Shown here piece after piece: positions 20,401 to 34,000 of a stretch of 64,000 nucleotides of DNA. The notes under the pieces are model-generated. The model did no database searches, had not been told where the DNA came from, and worked only from the letters and a program-made list of their open reading frames with translations. Within the stretch, counting starts at the first letter, position 1, and every line of letters starts with the position of its first letter. Origin of the DNA: Camelus dromedarius (Eukaryota); NCBI RefSeq assembly GCF_036321535.1, contig NC_087462.1:11284001-11348000 (forward strand). The letters are read 5' to 3'. The position numbers and the translations under genes are program-made.

Positions 20401-23400
20401 ACTGCACTTCCTACTGGCATGAGAAGTCCCCTGGCCATGCTGAACTTGACATTTAGGCAGCTGTAAGCAGCTGTGACGGCTTGCACTTTTCAAGGCTGAG
20501 CGGTGCTGCCCCACCTGTGCTGTGATGCCCCAAAATGTACCAGGCACCCCAATGTTTGAGCCTCTCAGTGGAAAGGAAGCATGGTTTTCTGAAGAAATGC
20601 TCAGATCTGATGTATGGCTCATGCTCTGAGCCCACAGCCGCCGTGGGACTCAGCCTGGGTGGAGTCAGAAGCCCCGAGTGTGGCCCTCGCAGGCTGGGAA
20701 GATGGGACAGGTCAACGGCGTGGGCAAAAATGGACACCTGAGCCTGTCCTGCTGGCAGAAGGTATCAATCCTTTCTTTTTGCCTGAAACCGCTGAGTTTG
20801 AAGCTGGCTGATGGCTGCAGTCACAAATACACGTCCAGAGTCAGATGGAGCAGACAGGAGGCGCGCCCAGACAGCACACCCACAGCTCTCAGGAACCGGT
20901 TTCCTGTTCACTCTCAGCATTTCATTGATGGGAAGAAGGTCGCCGAGAACTACAGCTTCCGGAGACGACAGCCGATTAAAGTACTTTTAAAAATTGCTTT
21001 TTATTACTACTAAATTCTGTATTTTGCACAGATGAGTTGTCAATAAAAATCTCAGGGGCCCACACATCCAAGGAGCTCTGATGATAGTCAACTTCTGGGG
21101 GCAGCGAGGAGGCCCCTAAAGGGCTGTTTTCCCCTGGGGGTATGGGGGCTGGGAGGAGGACAACACCTCATAGAGAGGGGCACCACCGGATTTTTATGAG
21201 GGTGATCAACACCACACAATTCAATGGTGCTGGGGCACCTGGCTGTAGCCAGTGTCTCCAGGGCTGGACACACAGTGGCGTGTCCCCTGTAGGCAGTTTC
21301 CTTCAGCCCAGAGGATTCTCGGGTTTTGTGGCTCCTGAAGTTGCAGGAATGCTGCTTATCTGGTTCAGACAGAGCATAAAGGGAGTGCGGTGAGGGGCTG
21401 AGGGCAAGCTTGGTTAAACCCCAAAAAGCCCAGCCTTTGTTTACTGGAAGCCAGAATATGTGCTCCTTGTCATTTAAATAAGCAACAGACAACACAGGCC
21501 ATTAGACTTTCAAGCAGCTGTGACAGGTGCCTGAGCAGGAGCTTAGCTTGGGACGCTCCAGCCCGACAGGGCAAGGGGCGTTGCGGAGGAGGGCGATGGG
21601 GCTCTGGGTGTTGGAGCCTAAGAAAGGCGAGCAGGGCAACATGTGTGAGCTGTCCACAGCGGCGAGCTTGCGGGGGACCCGGGTCAGGGGCTGAAGCAGT
21701 GAAAAGGGACCCATGTGGTGGAGGAGGATCCGGCACATGACGGGGGAGGGAACAACTGGTTAAATAAGTAAAAGAACTGAGGATAATGAGGACAGGGTTC
21801 TTACTGTCAGAGGAAGGAGTTTACAGATCCGGAAAGAGAGAAAAACAGAATGAACCCTCTGGTATTGAATAAGAATTAAAGGTACTGAAATGAACTCATG
21901 GTTTTCAACATATGCAGAAAAATATAGATGAGAATGTGTGCGTGTGCAGATATATGTATCACCCACAAATACTCCTTAGCTCTGTGCCCTGAGAGTGACC
22001 AGAGCAGTAACACCTCAACAGCAGTGAGCACTCCCAGGGCCAAGGTCCACTCTAAAGGAAGCCAGGGTTCCTGGGGAAACGGCCGATTCTGGCTGGGGCA
22101 AGGAGGGAAGAAGATGAGCCTGGAACATGTTCTGGCAGCGAGGAATAGTCCTCAAAGGCTGATGGAGACACGTCAGAAGGGCACAAAGCCAGCTTGAAGG
22201 GGCTTGCACTAGACGAATCTGGGACGGCCTGAGCATCAACACGAGTGAGGATAGTAACTGTGATAAGGCTCCATGAATCTACACTGATACAAGATACAAA
22301 AGTGAAAAAAATGGGAAATTTAATGAGGGATAGTCTCAGGGTACCTTCCACAGAATCCTCATTACAAAGGGGAAAGGAGCAACTGTGAAAAGGAGTCATC
22401 TGGCAGACACCCTCTCACTGGAGTGATCAAAGTCAATGTGACCAACAGGGACAGAGCAAACGTGGGCACCACTGACCAGCCGCTGCGTGAGAAGAGGCGT
22501 CGCCTCATTTTGAGGATGTGCAGTGGAAATCTAATCACGAGGAGACACCAGATAAACCCCAAAGGTGGGGCCTGCCTGTGATCTTCCTGACGGTCAAGGT
22601 CATGGAAGTCAAGGAAAGATGGGGGCTTTGTCACAAATGGAACAAGACAGAAGAGATGTGATAATTAAATGCAACTTGAGATGTTGCCCTGCGTCCTTTT
22701 CAAGGATGCTATTGGGACAACTGGCAGAGCTTGAGGATTCCCGGTGGTGGGTGTCAGTGTTCCTTTCCTGACTGTGACAGTTGTCTTGTGGGGAAACAGG
22801 ACAATGTCCTTGTCTGTTGGAAACACGCTCAAGTGTGCAGGGGTCATGGGGAATTGTGGCAGCAACTCACTCCCCAATGAAAAGTTCAGGGAGAAAATGT
22901 ATTACCACTATTCTTGGAACATTTATGTAAATCTGTAGTTGTTTCAAAGTAAAAAGTTAAACACATTCACCTACTACTGTGGAAACAAACGAATATATGC
23001 TTCTTCTTTTAAAAGGAAACTAAGAAATATGAATCTCCCTTCAAAGAAAGGAATTGACTTTTAGTTAAAGAAAACTATGAAGCAAATCACTTGACACTTA
23101 AACTATTTTGTTTATTCAAGCAGCAAATAGACTCTACCTGTGTAATATGCAGTGGTCCTCAAGTCAGGGGGTTGCTACCTTCTAATCTACATTTGGAAAT
23201 TTACCTGGGGACATTTTTGGTTGTCACAGTGACTGGGGTGTGTCACTTAAATTTTGTGGGTGGGGTCCAGAAATTATAAATGTTATAATGTGCTTTATAG
23301 TTTAGACAGAAATTATAGAAACATAGTATTATTAGTATATTATACTGTATTGTGCTATATAAAATACACAAGATAAAGGAGAGTAAGTATATTGTAGTAG

Positions 23401-26400
23401 AGCATGAAGAAAGAATTGTTCCATCCCAACATGCCAGTAATGTCCCTTTTGGAAAATACTGAACTAAAGAATGCGAAATATTTGCAACCCAGGGAGTTAA
23501 TATTTGTTAATTAAATTGAGCTAAAGTTGCAAGTAAAACTAAATTTTACTCTCTTCTTAAAAAAGAAAAAATAAAGTTAAACACACACAAATGGACCTAT
23601 GAGAATGAATGTCGGCCATGCAAGCTACCAAAGGCTTTTATGAAAGGAAAGTGGTGGTAGAGATAACAGGTAAAATGTTGGCTTCCATCTGGGTTAAGGA
23701 GGGACGCCATGAAGATCCATAATGAGATACTTCTTGAACTAATATGGCTCCCCACATCTGCTGTCATCAAACAAAGAGTCCTTAAAATACAAACAAGTAT
23801 AAAAAAAATCATGTCCACTGCAATGAGAAACCATTTCATACCCACTAGGATGGCTATTATCAAAACAAACAAACAAACAAGCAAACAAACAACCCAGAAA
23901 ATAACAAGTGTTTAATAGATGTGGAGAAACTGGAACCTCACGCACTGCTGGTTAGAATGTGAAGTGGTGTAGCTGCTGTGGAAAACAGTCTGGCATCTCC
24001 TCAGAAAGTTAAATATACAGTTACCATGTGACCCAGCACTTCCACTCCTGTGCATACACCCCAAATAACTGAAAGCAAGGTCTCAAACAGGTATNNNNNN
24101 NNNNNNNNNNNNNNNNNNNNNNNNNNNNNNNNNNNNNNNNNNNNNNNNNNNNNNNNNNNNNNNNNNNNNNNNNNNNNNNNNNNNNNNNNNNNNNNNNNNN
24201 NNNNNNNNNNNNNNNNNNNNNNNNNNNNNNNNNNNNNNNNNNNNNNNNNNNNNNNNNNNNNNNNNNNNNNNNTAGAGAAATAAGTCAGACACAAATGGAC
24301 AAACACTGCATGGTTCCACGTATACAAGGTACTTGGAGCAGTCACATTCATGCAGACAGAACAGTGGTTACCAGAGGCCAGGGGAGTAGGGAACGTGGAG
24401 GTAGTATTTAATGAGTATGGAGTTTCTGTTTAGGAAGATGAAAATGTTGAGGAGATGGACAGTAGTGAAAGCTGCAGGTGTGAATGTACTTAATGCCACT
24501 GAACTGTGCACTTAAAAATGGTTAAAGTGGAGGGGGAGGGTAGAGCGCGTGCTTAGCATGTACAAGGTCCTCGGTTCAATACTCAGTACCTCCATAAAAT
24601 ATAAATAAAACTCAAAATTAAAAATAGATTAAAAATGATTAAAATGGTAAATTTTATGTTATATATATTTTAATCCAATAAAAAATATTCAAACTGGGTA
24701 GTGGGGAGGAGAATGTTACGTCCTTATAGCGTCTGGGTGAAACTTAAATGTAGGTTTAAAATGGAATTTCTCTTTCAGTCACCAGATTAACTACTGCAGG
24801 CCGGCACCACACCCATAGCCTTACATGTATGAACGCACAGTCTTCAGTAACCATGATCTAAGGTTTATCCATGTCCCAATTCACAGAGGAGGACTTGGGA
24901 CAGAGAAAGGTTCAGTCACTTGTCAGGGTCATGTAGCCAGGGGCAAAGCAAAATTCAGACCCTGTCACTGCTCTCAGCCATTGTCCTCGTCAAGTGCATG
25001 TCAAGGTCACCCCAAAACTGTGATCAGAAAGAAACATACTTTTGTGTCACATTTGCACTTTCCACAAGCCCCAGCATCTCTGAAGTGCCATCCTCCACGG
25101 TGACACACAGCATTCAAACAGCTGATCTCAAGAGACCACTCAAAGAAATCAAGTGACAACCTTTTTCTTGACAGCTTTGTTTTTTTCAAAAGAAATTTTA
25201 AATATTTTTTGGGGGGAGGGATGTGTTTATTTATTTATTGGTTTGTTTATTTATTTACAGAGGAGCTAGGGATTGAAGCCAGGACCCCGGCATGCTAAGC
25301 ACTTACTCTATCACTGAGCCAAACTTCCCCTCCCGCTCTTGATGACTTTGGTTTCAGTGATGTCTTCATCTTATTTGGTGGCTTCTCTTGTAAACAATCT
25401 TCAAATTGTTATTCACGTTGACCAGGTGATCAAGGTCAGCACCACCAGTGACAGGACTTACTGGCGGTATACACCTCCGACATCATGTGCGGAGAAGGAC
25501 ACACCAGTGCTTCTGCGGGACTGCACAAAGATGCACAGCTCCAGTCTAGTCACGAGGGAACAACGGACAAACCACGCCGAGGGACACGCTATAAAATGAC
25601 TGGGCAGTTCTTGGCCGAAGTGTGAAGGTCCTGGACGATGAGGAACAATGGAGGAAACGTCACAGATTGGTGGAGACTAAGGACACATGATGACTAAATG
25701 CAACATGGGATCCTGGACCAGAAAAAGGACATTTAGGACAAAAACCGTGAAAATTCAAGCAGGGCCTGTTGCTCAGTGACAGAGCATCATACCCATGTTA
25801 ATCTCCTGGTTTCAGTGACTGCACCACGGTTCTGAAGGTGCTGTCAGTAGAGAAAGCTGGGAGAAGAGTATACGAGAACGCTTTGCACTGGTGTTTCAAC
25901 TTTTCTGCAAGTGTAAATTCATTCAAAATAAAAATATTTCTTGGGGTGGGAGGTAATTAGGTTTATGTATACATGCACGTATGTATGTATTTTTTAATGG
26001 AGGTACTGGCAATTGAACCCAGGACCTCATGCATGCTCAGCATGTGCTCTACCACTGAGCTGAAGACACCCCTCAAAAAGATTTTTTTTAACAAAAGGCT
26101 TTGCCTTGGCAGAAGCTTCCATGGGGATTACTCTGGATGCTTAAAACACACAAAACAAAATGATTATTCTGCTTTCCTAACCCTGTCACCTCAGATCCTT
26201 TAGTAAACAACGGAAGGCCTGGTGCTTCAGGTCTTGGACCCAGACTGCAGTGCTTGTTACTCACTGGCAGCAGGATTTCCCCGTGACAAGCTGCAAAATA
26301 AATGAGTGTGATACACCAGAAAGCAGGGCTCTGACAAGGCAGGAGCGAACCGTCCGCCGCCAGAGAGGGGATGTGATGAGCAAGATGGCCCATGACGCAC

Positions 26401-27998
26401 GTCAGCGCTGAGCCAGGATCAGAGGTGGGAGGTTGTTGTGATCCTCAGTCTGCACAGGAAGTGACTTCTCAATGGCCTACCTGTCTTTTCCTTGATCTCA
26501 CAGAACACACTGAAGAGAGCGGGTTTCATCCGATGGCAATTCAGAGCATGTTTTCTGAAAGAGAGGCAACAGAGGAGTATGTGAGAAAGAGTTATTCTGT
26601 GCATGAGAGTAAAGGTCTTCTATGTTGAGTCTGCCAGGAGGGACAGCACCATAGCATTTCAAAGGAATTCAATTTGTACAAAATTCAGTGGGGAGGGTAT
26701 AGCTCGGTAGTAGAGTGCATGCCTAGCATGCACGAGATCCTGGGTTCAACCCCCAGTACTGCCATTAAAATAAAATAATAAATAAATAAACCTGATTACC
26801 TCCCCTCAACCAAAAAAGAAAAAAATTTGTATAAAATTCTAATAGAGTAATATACAACTATTTAAAACACTTCCCTTTAGACAATGCAAACAACGCAAAT
26901 TTAAATAATGCAAATAACTCATCAAGAGCTATTGAAATCTCAAGGTCCAATAATCTGAAAGCTGGGTTCACACTGTTACCAGATAGCAGCACTCTGGTGC
27001 ATGAGCAGAAGTCCCAGCCATCCTATCCCAGTGTCCTGTGACATTAATTGAGCAGGTGGTTAGTGAGCAGCTACAATGGGCCAAGTACAACCCCAGTGTC
27101 ATAGCGACACAGACAGATAAGGTTCCTAGCCATGTGGCAGTCAAGATGGAGGTGGTGAGAGACACCACACACACATAAACACACACAAATGGCAAGTGTT
27201 TTGTGGTGACTTAAACTAGAGTGATGGCCAGAAAGTTTATGGGAGTTTGCATGTCTCTAAGGTGACACCAAAGCCAAGATCAAGGTGACAAGAAGTCAAG
27301 CAGGAAAAAGTCTGAAGAGAGTAAATATTTAGGCGGAGGGAACAGCCAGTGCCAAGGCCCTGAGTGAGAACATACTTGGCTTTTTAAGAGACCAGACTGC
27401 TGTAGAGTAAGGGGTTACAGAGAGCCATCTGGGGAAGTTAGAGAGGCATTGTATGAGTATATTTTGTTTATATGTTCATCAGTTGACGTGACATTTGGGG
27501 CTGACTGGAAAAGCTTTGTAGGTCAGGGGAATGACTCTGGCTACTGTTCACCTGTGATGGAAACTGTGGTTGGCAGAAGAATGGCCCCCAAAGATGTCCA
27601 GATGCTAATCCACAGAACTACTTACAAGGGAGAAAGAACTCTGCAGGTGATTAAAGATAAGGACCTTGAGATGGGAAGATTAACCTAGATTATACAGATG
27701 GGCCCAATCTAATCCCATGCGTCCTTCATCCCAACTGTGATCAGTGAAAGAGATGTGACCACATAGGGTCAGAGATATCACGTTGTAGGCTTTGAAGATG
27801 GAGGAAGGGATTACTAGCAGAGAAATGCAGGTGGCCTCAAGAAGCTGGAAAAGGCAAGGAAATGGACTCTCCTCTAGAAGGAAGGCCCTGCTGACCCCTT
27901 GAGTTTTAGCCCAGTGAGAGCCATGTTGGACTTGGAACCTACAGAAATGGAAGAAAATAAATTTATGGGGTTTTTTTTTTAGTTTTTTAATTTGTGTG

Positions 27999-28029
<31 letters not shown>

Positions 28030-31000
28030 TGAGGGTGGAGGTGATTTGGTTTATTTATTTATTTACTTACTTTTTAATGGAGGTACTGGGGATTGAACCC
28101 AGGACCTTGTGCACGCTAAGCATGTGCTCTACCTCTGAGCCTCCCCTCAAATTTGTGTGGTCATTTGTCACAGTGACAACAGAAAACTTACACAGGAAGC
28201 AATGGAGGATTTTACAGAGTGGTTAACACATGACATGTATTACATTTTTATTAGTGCTGATTTTCTTAAGATGTAATTCAAACACCATAAAATTTGCCTT
28301 TAAGCGTATATACAATTCGGTGGCTTTTAGTAAATTCATGATGTGCAGCTATCACCACCACCTAATTTCAGGACTCATCACCCCAAGAAGAAACTCTGTT
28401 CTCATTAACAGTCATTCCACATTGTCCCCTCCTCCCACTCAGCCACCACTAATCTGTGTCTACAGATTTCTCTTCTGCACATTTCACATAAATGGAAATC
28501 ATAGTATGCGGCCTTTTATGACTGGCTTCTTTCACATAGCGTGTTTACATGGTTCGCCCAAGTTGTTGTGTATCAGGGCTTCATTCCTTTTATGTGGCCA
28601 ACTAATATTCCATTGTATGAATATATTTTGTTTATACATTCATCAGTTGATGGACATTTGGGTTATTTCCACCTTTTGGCTATTATGAACAGTCATGTAC
28701 ACATTTTTGTGTGAGCACCTGCNNNNNNNNNNNNNNNNNNNNNNNNNNNNNNNNNNNNNNNNNNNNNNNNNNNNNNNNNNNNNNNNNNNNNNNNNNNNNN
28801 NNNNNNNNNNNNNNNNNNNNNNNNNNNNNNNNNNNNNNNNNNNNNNNNNNNNNNNNNNNNNNNNNNNNNNNNNNNNNNNGGTGTGAGGTGTGAGTGGGTG
28901 TGAGGTTTTGATTTGCATTTGTCTAACGGCTAATGATGTGGTCCATCTTTTTGTGTCTTTATCAGCCATTCTTCTTTAGAAAAATGTCTATTCAAATCCT
29001 TTGCTCATTTTTAAGTTGGGCTATTTGTGTCTTTATCAAATGTCTTTATCATTGAGTTGAGTTGTAAGAATTCCTTATATATTCTGGATACTAGACACTA
29101 ATCAGATGTATGANNNNNNNNNNNNNNNNNNNNNNNNNNNNNNNNNNNNNNNNNNNNNNNNNNNNNNNNNNNNNNNNNNNNNNNNNNNNNNNNNNNNNNN
29201 NNNNNNNNNNNNNNNNNNNNNNNNNNNNNNNNNNNNNNNNNNNNNNNNNNNNNNNNNNNNNNNNNNNNNNNNNAAGGTTACAAAAGTTTATGCCTATGTT
29301 TTCATCTAATAGGTTTTTTTTAAAATAGGTTTAGTTCTTACACTTAGGTNNNNNNNNNNNNNNNNNNNNNNNNNNNNNNNNNNNNNNNNNNNNNNNNNNN
29401 NNNNNNNNNNNNNNNNNNNNNNNNNNNNNNNNNNNNNNNNNNNNNNNNNNNNNNNNNNNNNNNNNNNNNNNNNNNNNNTTTGACATCCTTGTCAAATCGT
29501 CGGTTGACCATAGATGTGTGGGTTTATTTCTATACTTTCAATTCTATTCCACTGATCTATCTGCCTATCCTTAAGTGAACTACATTTTAAGAAGATCACT
29601 GTGGTTGTTCTCTGGAGCCTGGACTGAAAGGCAAATGTGGAGCCAGGAACACCAATTTGGAAGCTACTACAGCTGGAATAGTCCAGAAATGCTGCTGGCT
29701 TAGTTCAGAGTTATGGTAGGAGACACAAGAAGTAGATACATCTTTGGTTTGGGGAATGGAATCAACAGAACCTCCTGACTAACTGGTGGGGGGTTTTAGG
29801 GAAAGAAGAGATTCAAGGATATCTATAGTTTTAGGCCTGAGCAACTGCATCCATAGAAACACCATTAACTTCAACAGGGGAGCCTGGAGGGCGGCAGGTT
29901 TAGGGGAAGAGGGTCTAGAAAGGAGGCTTGTGCCTTGATCAGGTTACACTTGAGATACCTATGGGTAGCTACCCAAGAGGAGGTATCCCACACAGGCAGC
30001 TGGCACATGGACACGGACTGAAGGCTGGAGAGAAACAATGTGAAGACAGAGTCCTGGGCAGAGAGAGGGCACTTCAAGCCACAAGACTTGAGGGAATCAC
30101 CATAGGAGAATGTAGGCAGAGAGGGGCCTGGGGCCCAGACTCAGGCACATTTCAGGGGTCAAGCAGATGAGAAAAGCCTGTAGGGGAGACTGGGCCACAA
30201 ACTGCCTGTGAGGAGGAACCAGGAACAACAGTTTCAAGGTAGAAGAGTAATTTGTGAGAAGTGCTTCTGCGAGATGAAGCAGGAAACGACCCCGGAAGAG
30301 ACCTTGGATTTAGCAACATGGAAGTCACTGGTGACTCAGCAGTGGGAGGAGAAGGTTGGGAGACCGTGGGTGGATATGGGAGAGGAAGTGGAAGTAGCGA
30401 CCACAAACTCTTTCTTGACATTTGATCACAAAGGAGAGTAAAGAAATGCAGAAAACGCTAAGAGAGGGCGTGCGTTGATCCTGTTTTAAATGTTCTGTTT
30501 CTTATGATGTCTTGACATCCTGGGGCAGGGAGACGGTCCTTCTCAGGGCTAGCTAAATCCAGATACAGCAAACAGCTTGTCAGAGAGTGTGCCTTTCATA
30601 TGCAAACGCAAATCCAAAACCTACACTCTTCCTTTATCTTTACCTCCTTATCTACCTTTAACTACATCCTTTAACTCTCAGCACCAGCCAACATCCCCCT
30701 CAGCCCTAAATCACCCCAGGGCCAGGTACAAGCAGAGGTCACTCCCTAGCCCAGAGCCTGCAGAAATTATTTAAACTATCCAACCCTAAAAGTACTCAAA
30801 TTGTCTACCTTGCCTCCCTGGAAATCACAGTAAGGGCTCCAGGCCAGGCTTTCCCCTCGCTCCTTCTGCCTCCTAACTTCCCCACGTGGCCCTGTCAGGG
30901 GTGGCCTGCCTCCTTCTTTCAGGAACTGTAAGTGATGAACTCTTCTTTCAAAGTTGTCTCCTCATCTGACATCCTATCATACCTGATTAAAACAAACCCC

Positions 31001-34000
31001 AGGTACAAATCAGGACAGGGTGAGTCAGGGGAGGTTTTTGTTTCTCTGTGTGTTTTTAAAGATAGGAGACACCAGCACGTGTTTAAATGCCCAAGAGCCA
31101 GTCTAGGGAGAGAATTTGATCATGTGAGAGAGAGAGCATGAAGGTAACTGCAGTCTCGATGGTGTGTACACCTGTCAGAACTTCAGAGAACAGCTCTAAT
31201 GAGTACTATGCCATTATTTTTAAGTTGACTATTATTATGATTTTAAATCCTGTAATGCAGTCATCCAAGCATCCATTATTAAAAGATACTGCAAGGGCCA
31301 GGTAGTGTACCTGAAAATCAGTTAACTTCATGGAGGTTCAGGGTGATTAACGTCATGAGAAAGATCAGACATCCACCACAACTGTTAAATCTATGGGAGG
31401 ATGTCCTCATTTCCAGGTGCCTTCCGAATTCACCACGCGTCCCTGTGGGAGGCCCTCCAAAAGGCTAGAGTTGGGGTGCAGAACTCAGATACACGTCTCT
31501 GAACCCCAAATATGAAAATGTTCATGGGGGATGAGATTTGGTGTTCTGTAAATCGAAACCCAAACGCTAGTCTTTCTTACACAGTATACAGTAATTGATC
31601 ACACATGGTATCATGCCAAAATGTTTTCCTTCCATAGAAGCAGTATTATCATTAATGAAAATGGACTCCAGTTAGAGTTTGTTATCTTCTGTAAATGTAA
31701 TTTGAAAAATATGAGGAAAGAGAATGAAGTTGGCTGCTCTCCTTCCCAAAGGGGACTCTAGGAAGTTTATTCCCAGGTCAGTTTCCTGCTTATAAAACAT
31801 CACCTTGTAATGAACACAAGAGTAATTTCACAGAATGTTTTTGTTGTTTATTATTAAAAGTACATAACCTTTTAGCATGTTCTTAACCTTGGAGCATGTT
31901 CTTAGCCTAGAGGCGATAAAGCAGCTGACAGCAAGCCATCAGTGATTAATTATGTAATTAATCACATAAAGTAGGACAGACCAGTGAGTCCACAGCATCA
32001 CCAAAGGGGATGAATACATTTCTGTGACAGACAAACCCTAAGGTGGCCCCCACTGCATATAATCCTCTCTCCTTGAGTTTGGGCAGAATCTGTAACTTGC
32101 AAAGTGGCAAAAGTGATGACATAGTCTCTCTCATAATTATGTTAACATTGTCTATGACTTCACCTTAGTGGCCTGGAGAACGTCACCTGCTGGCCTTGAA
32201 GCCAGCTGCCACTTTGTGAGAGGGCTGGGGGTGGGGAACTGCAGGCAGCTTCTTGGAGATGAGAGCAGACCCCAGCTGACAGCCAGCAAGAAAACAGGAA
32301 CCTCAGTTCTAAAACTGCAAGGAACTGAGTTCTGCCAACAACCCTGCAAGACAGGAAGAGGAGCCTGAGCTTCAGACAGGAACATAGACCAGCCTTGTGA
32401 GATCCTGAGCACAGGACCCAGCTTAGCCGAGTTCAGAAACTGAGGTCATAAACATATGTTGTTTTAAGCCACTAGGTTTGGAGTAATTTGTTACACAGCA
32501 ACAGATAGCTGAGACAACTGAACAGACTGTAAGCAAGTGAATGGGGTCTGTGGGGAGAGAAACAAGGTCTGCCTGGCACCCCTAGCAAGGACATGCCATG
32601 TTCTACCCAACCAAGTATCTGCATTAAAACGAAACAAAACGTTAATGTTTATGAAGTAAATTCCACTGAAGGAGAAATAATAAATCTTTTCAGTAAATAG
32701 ACATCTGAGAAAATCGAAATTAAAAAATGGATCTGTGAATATCCTTTTAAAATCAATGCTCAACAAAACCAGCCTGTAACAGAACTATTGAGAGCCACAC
32801 AGAATCATGCCAGAAAATGAAAGCATGCAGCTGTATCATCCTCCAACGCCACTTATTCAATATTTACAGGACAAACGTTTACTGAAGGCACAACTGTATA
32901 CTGGTCACTGTAGAAGGAGAAAGGAACGTGGGGATGAATAGAACGTAAGTCACCTCCTGGCTTCTACCAACAGCAAATTATAGCTCCTACTTTTAGCTAT
33001 AATTTATTTTTCCAAATTACGGAACAATCTGCTTTCCTGAAAAAAGTATCATTTAATTTAATTTAATTATTTTGGGGTATTCACTTCTTTACTTATTTTG
33101 TTATTGAAGTATAGTTGACTTACAACGTTACATTAATTTCAGGTGTACACCATAGTAATTCAATATTTTTATAGTTTATACTCTGAACAAAGTTACTATA
33201 AAATATTGACTCTATTCCCTGTGCTGTACATTACATCCTTGTAGCTTATTTATTTCATACCTAGGAGTTTGTACCTTTTAACCCCCTTCACCTATTGAGC
33301 CTCTCCCCGCCACCCCTTCTCCACTCTGGTAACCATGAGTTTGTTCTTTGTATCTGGGAGTCTGTTTCCGCTTTGTTATATTTGTTTGTTTGATTCCACA
33401 TATAAGTGAAAACATACATTATTTGTCTTTTACTGTCTGACTTGTTACCAAAGAATGTGATTCAGAGATATACTCAAGAGATCGTATCCCTACAGCATAG
33501 GATCCTTCTTGAAAAAGCTTCTCTGAGAGCAACAAGGATTCTAACACCCCAACCAAAGATTGAATCAAATCCCTTAATTATTCTCATTTCTACGATTATC
33601 TTAGCTGACAAAAACTGTTAATAACATCATGTACCTCCTGGAGACAGACTTAAGTACAGAACAAAAATTAGAAGACATGTTCCTGACCCTGAGGAAATAA
33701 AACCTTGATGGAAAACCTAGAAATTCAAAGAGGATGCCAAGTTCCAGAAAGGAATGCAGCCCACGAGTCAGATGCCCCTGGCATTTTAAAAGAAGCTTCT
33801 TTGTAAGAGGGAAACTGGGAAGAATCAATCCATAGTGAGTGTAGTGGGTGCGGTGATGTTTGTAGAGTCATTCTAAAAACAAACCTCCAAACAATGAAAC
33901 AAAAACAGCTAAGTAAATGGGGGTTGGCAATGTGTACCGATACCCAGGTACAACTGTGGAAATTATTATGGTCATTTTAGCAAAATGAAGCTTTGGATCA

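Larger units (their letters stand above)
23815..24690 (+). mobile_element. L1MB-type 3' fragment (contains N gap 24095-24272 and a SINE)
   Basis: ORF2 C-terminal remnant (gatgtggagaaactggaacc...) and 3' UTR. Confidence 0.8.

Noticed and set aside
31138-31330. 55-aa ORF or possible processed pseudogene
   Set aside because: No poly(A) tail, TSD or recognisable parent protein.
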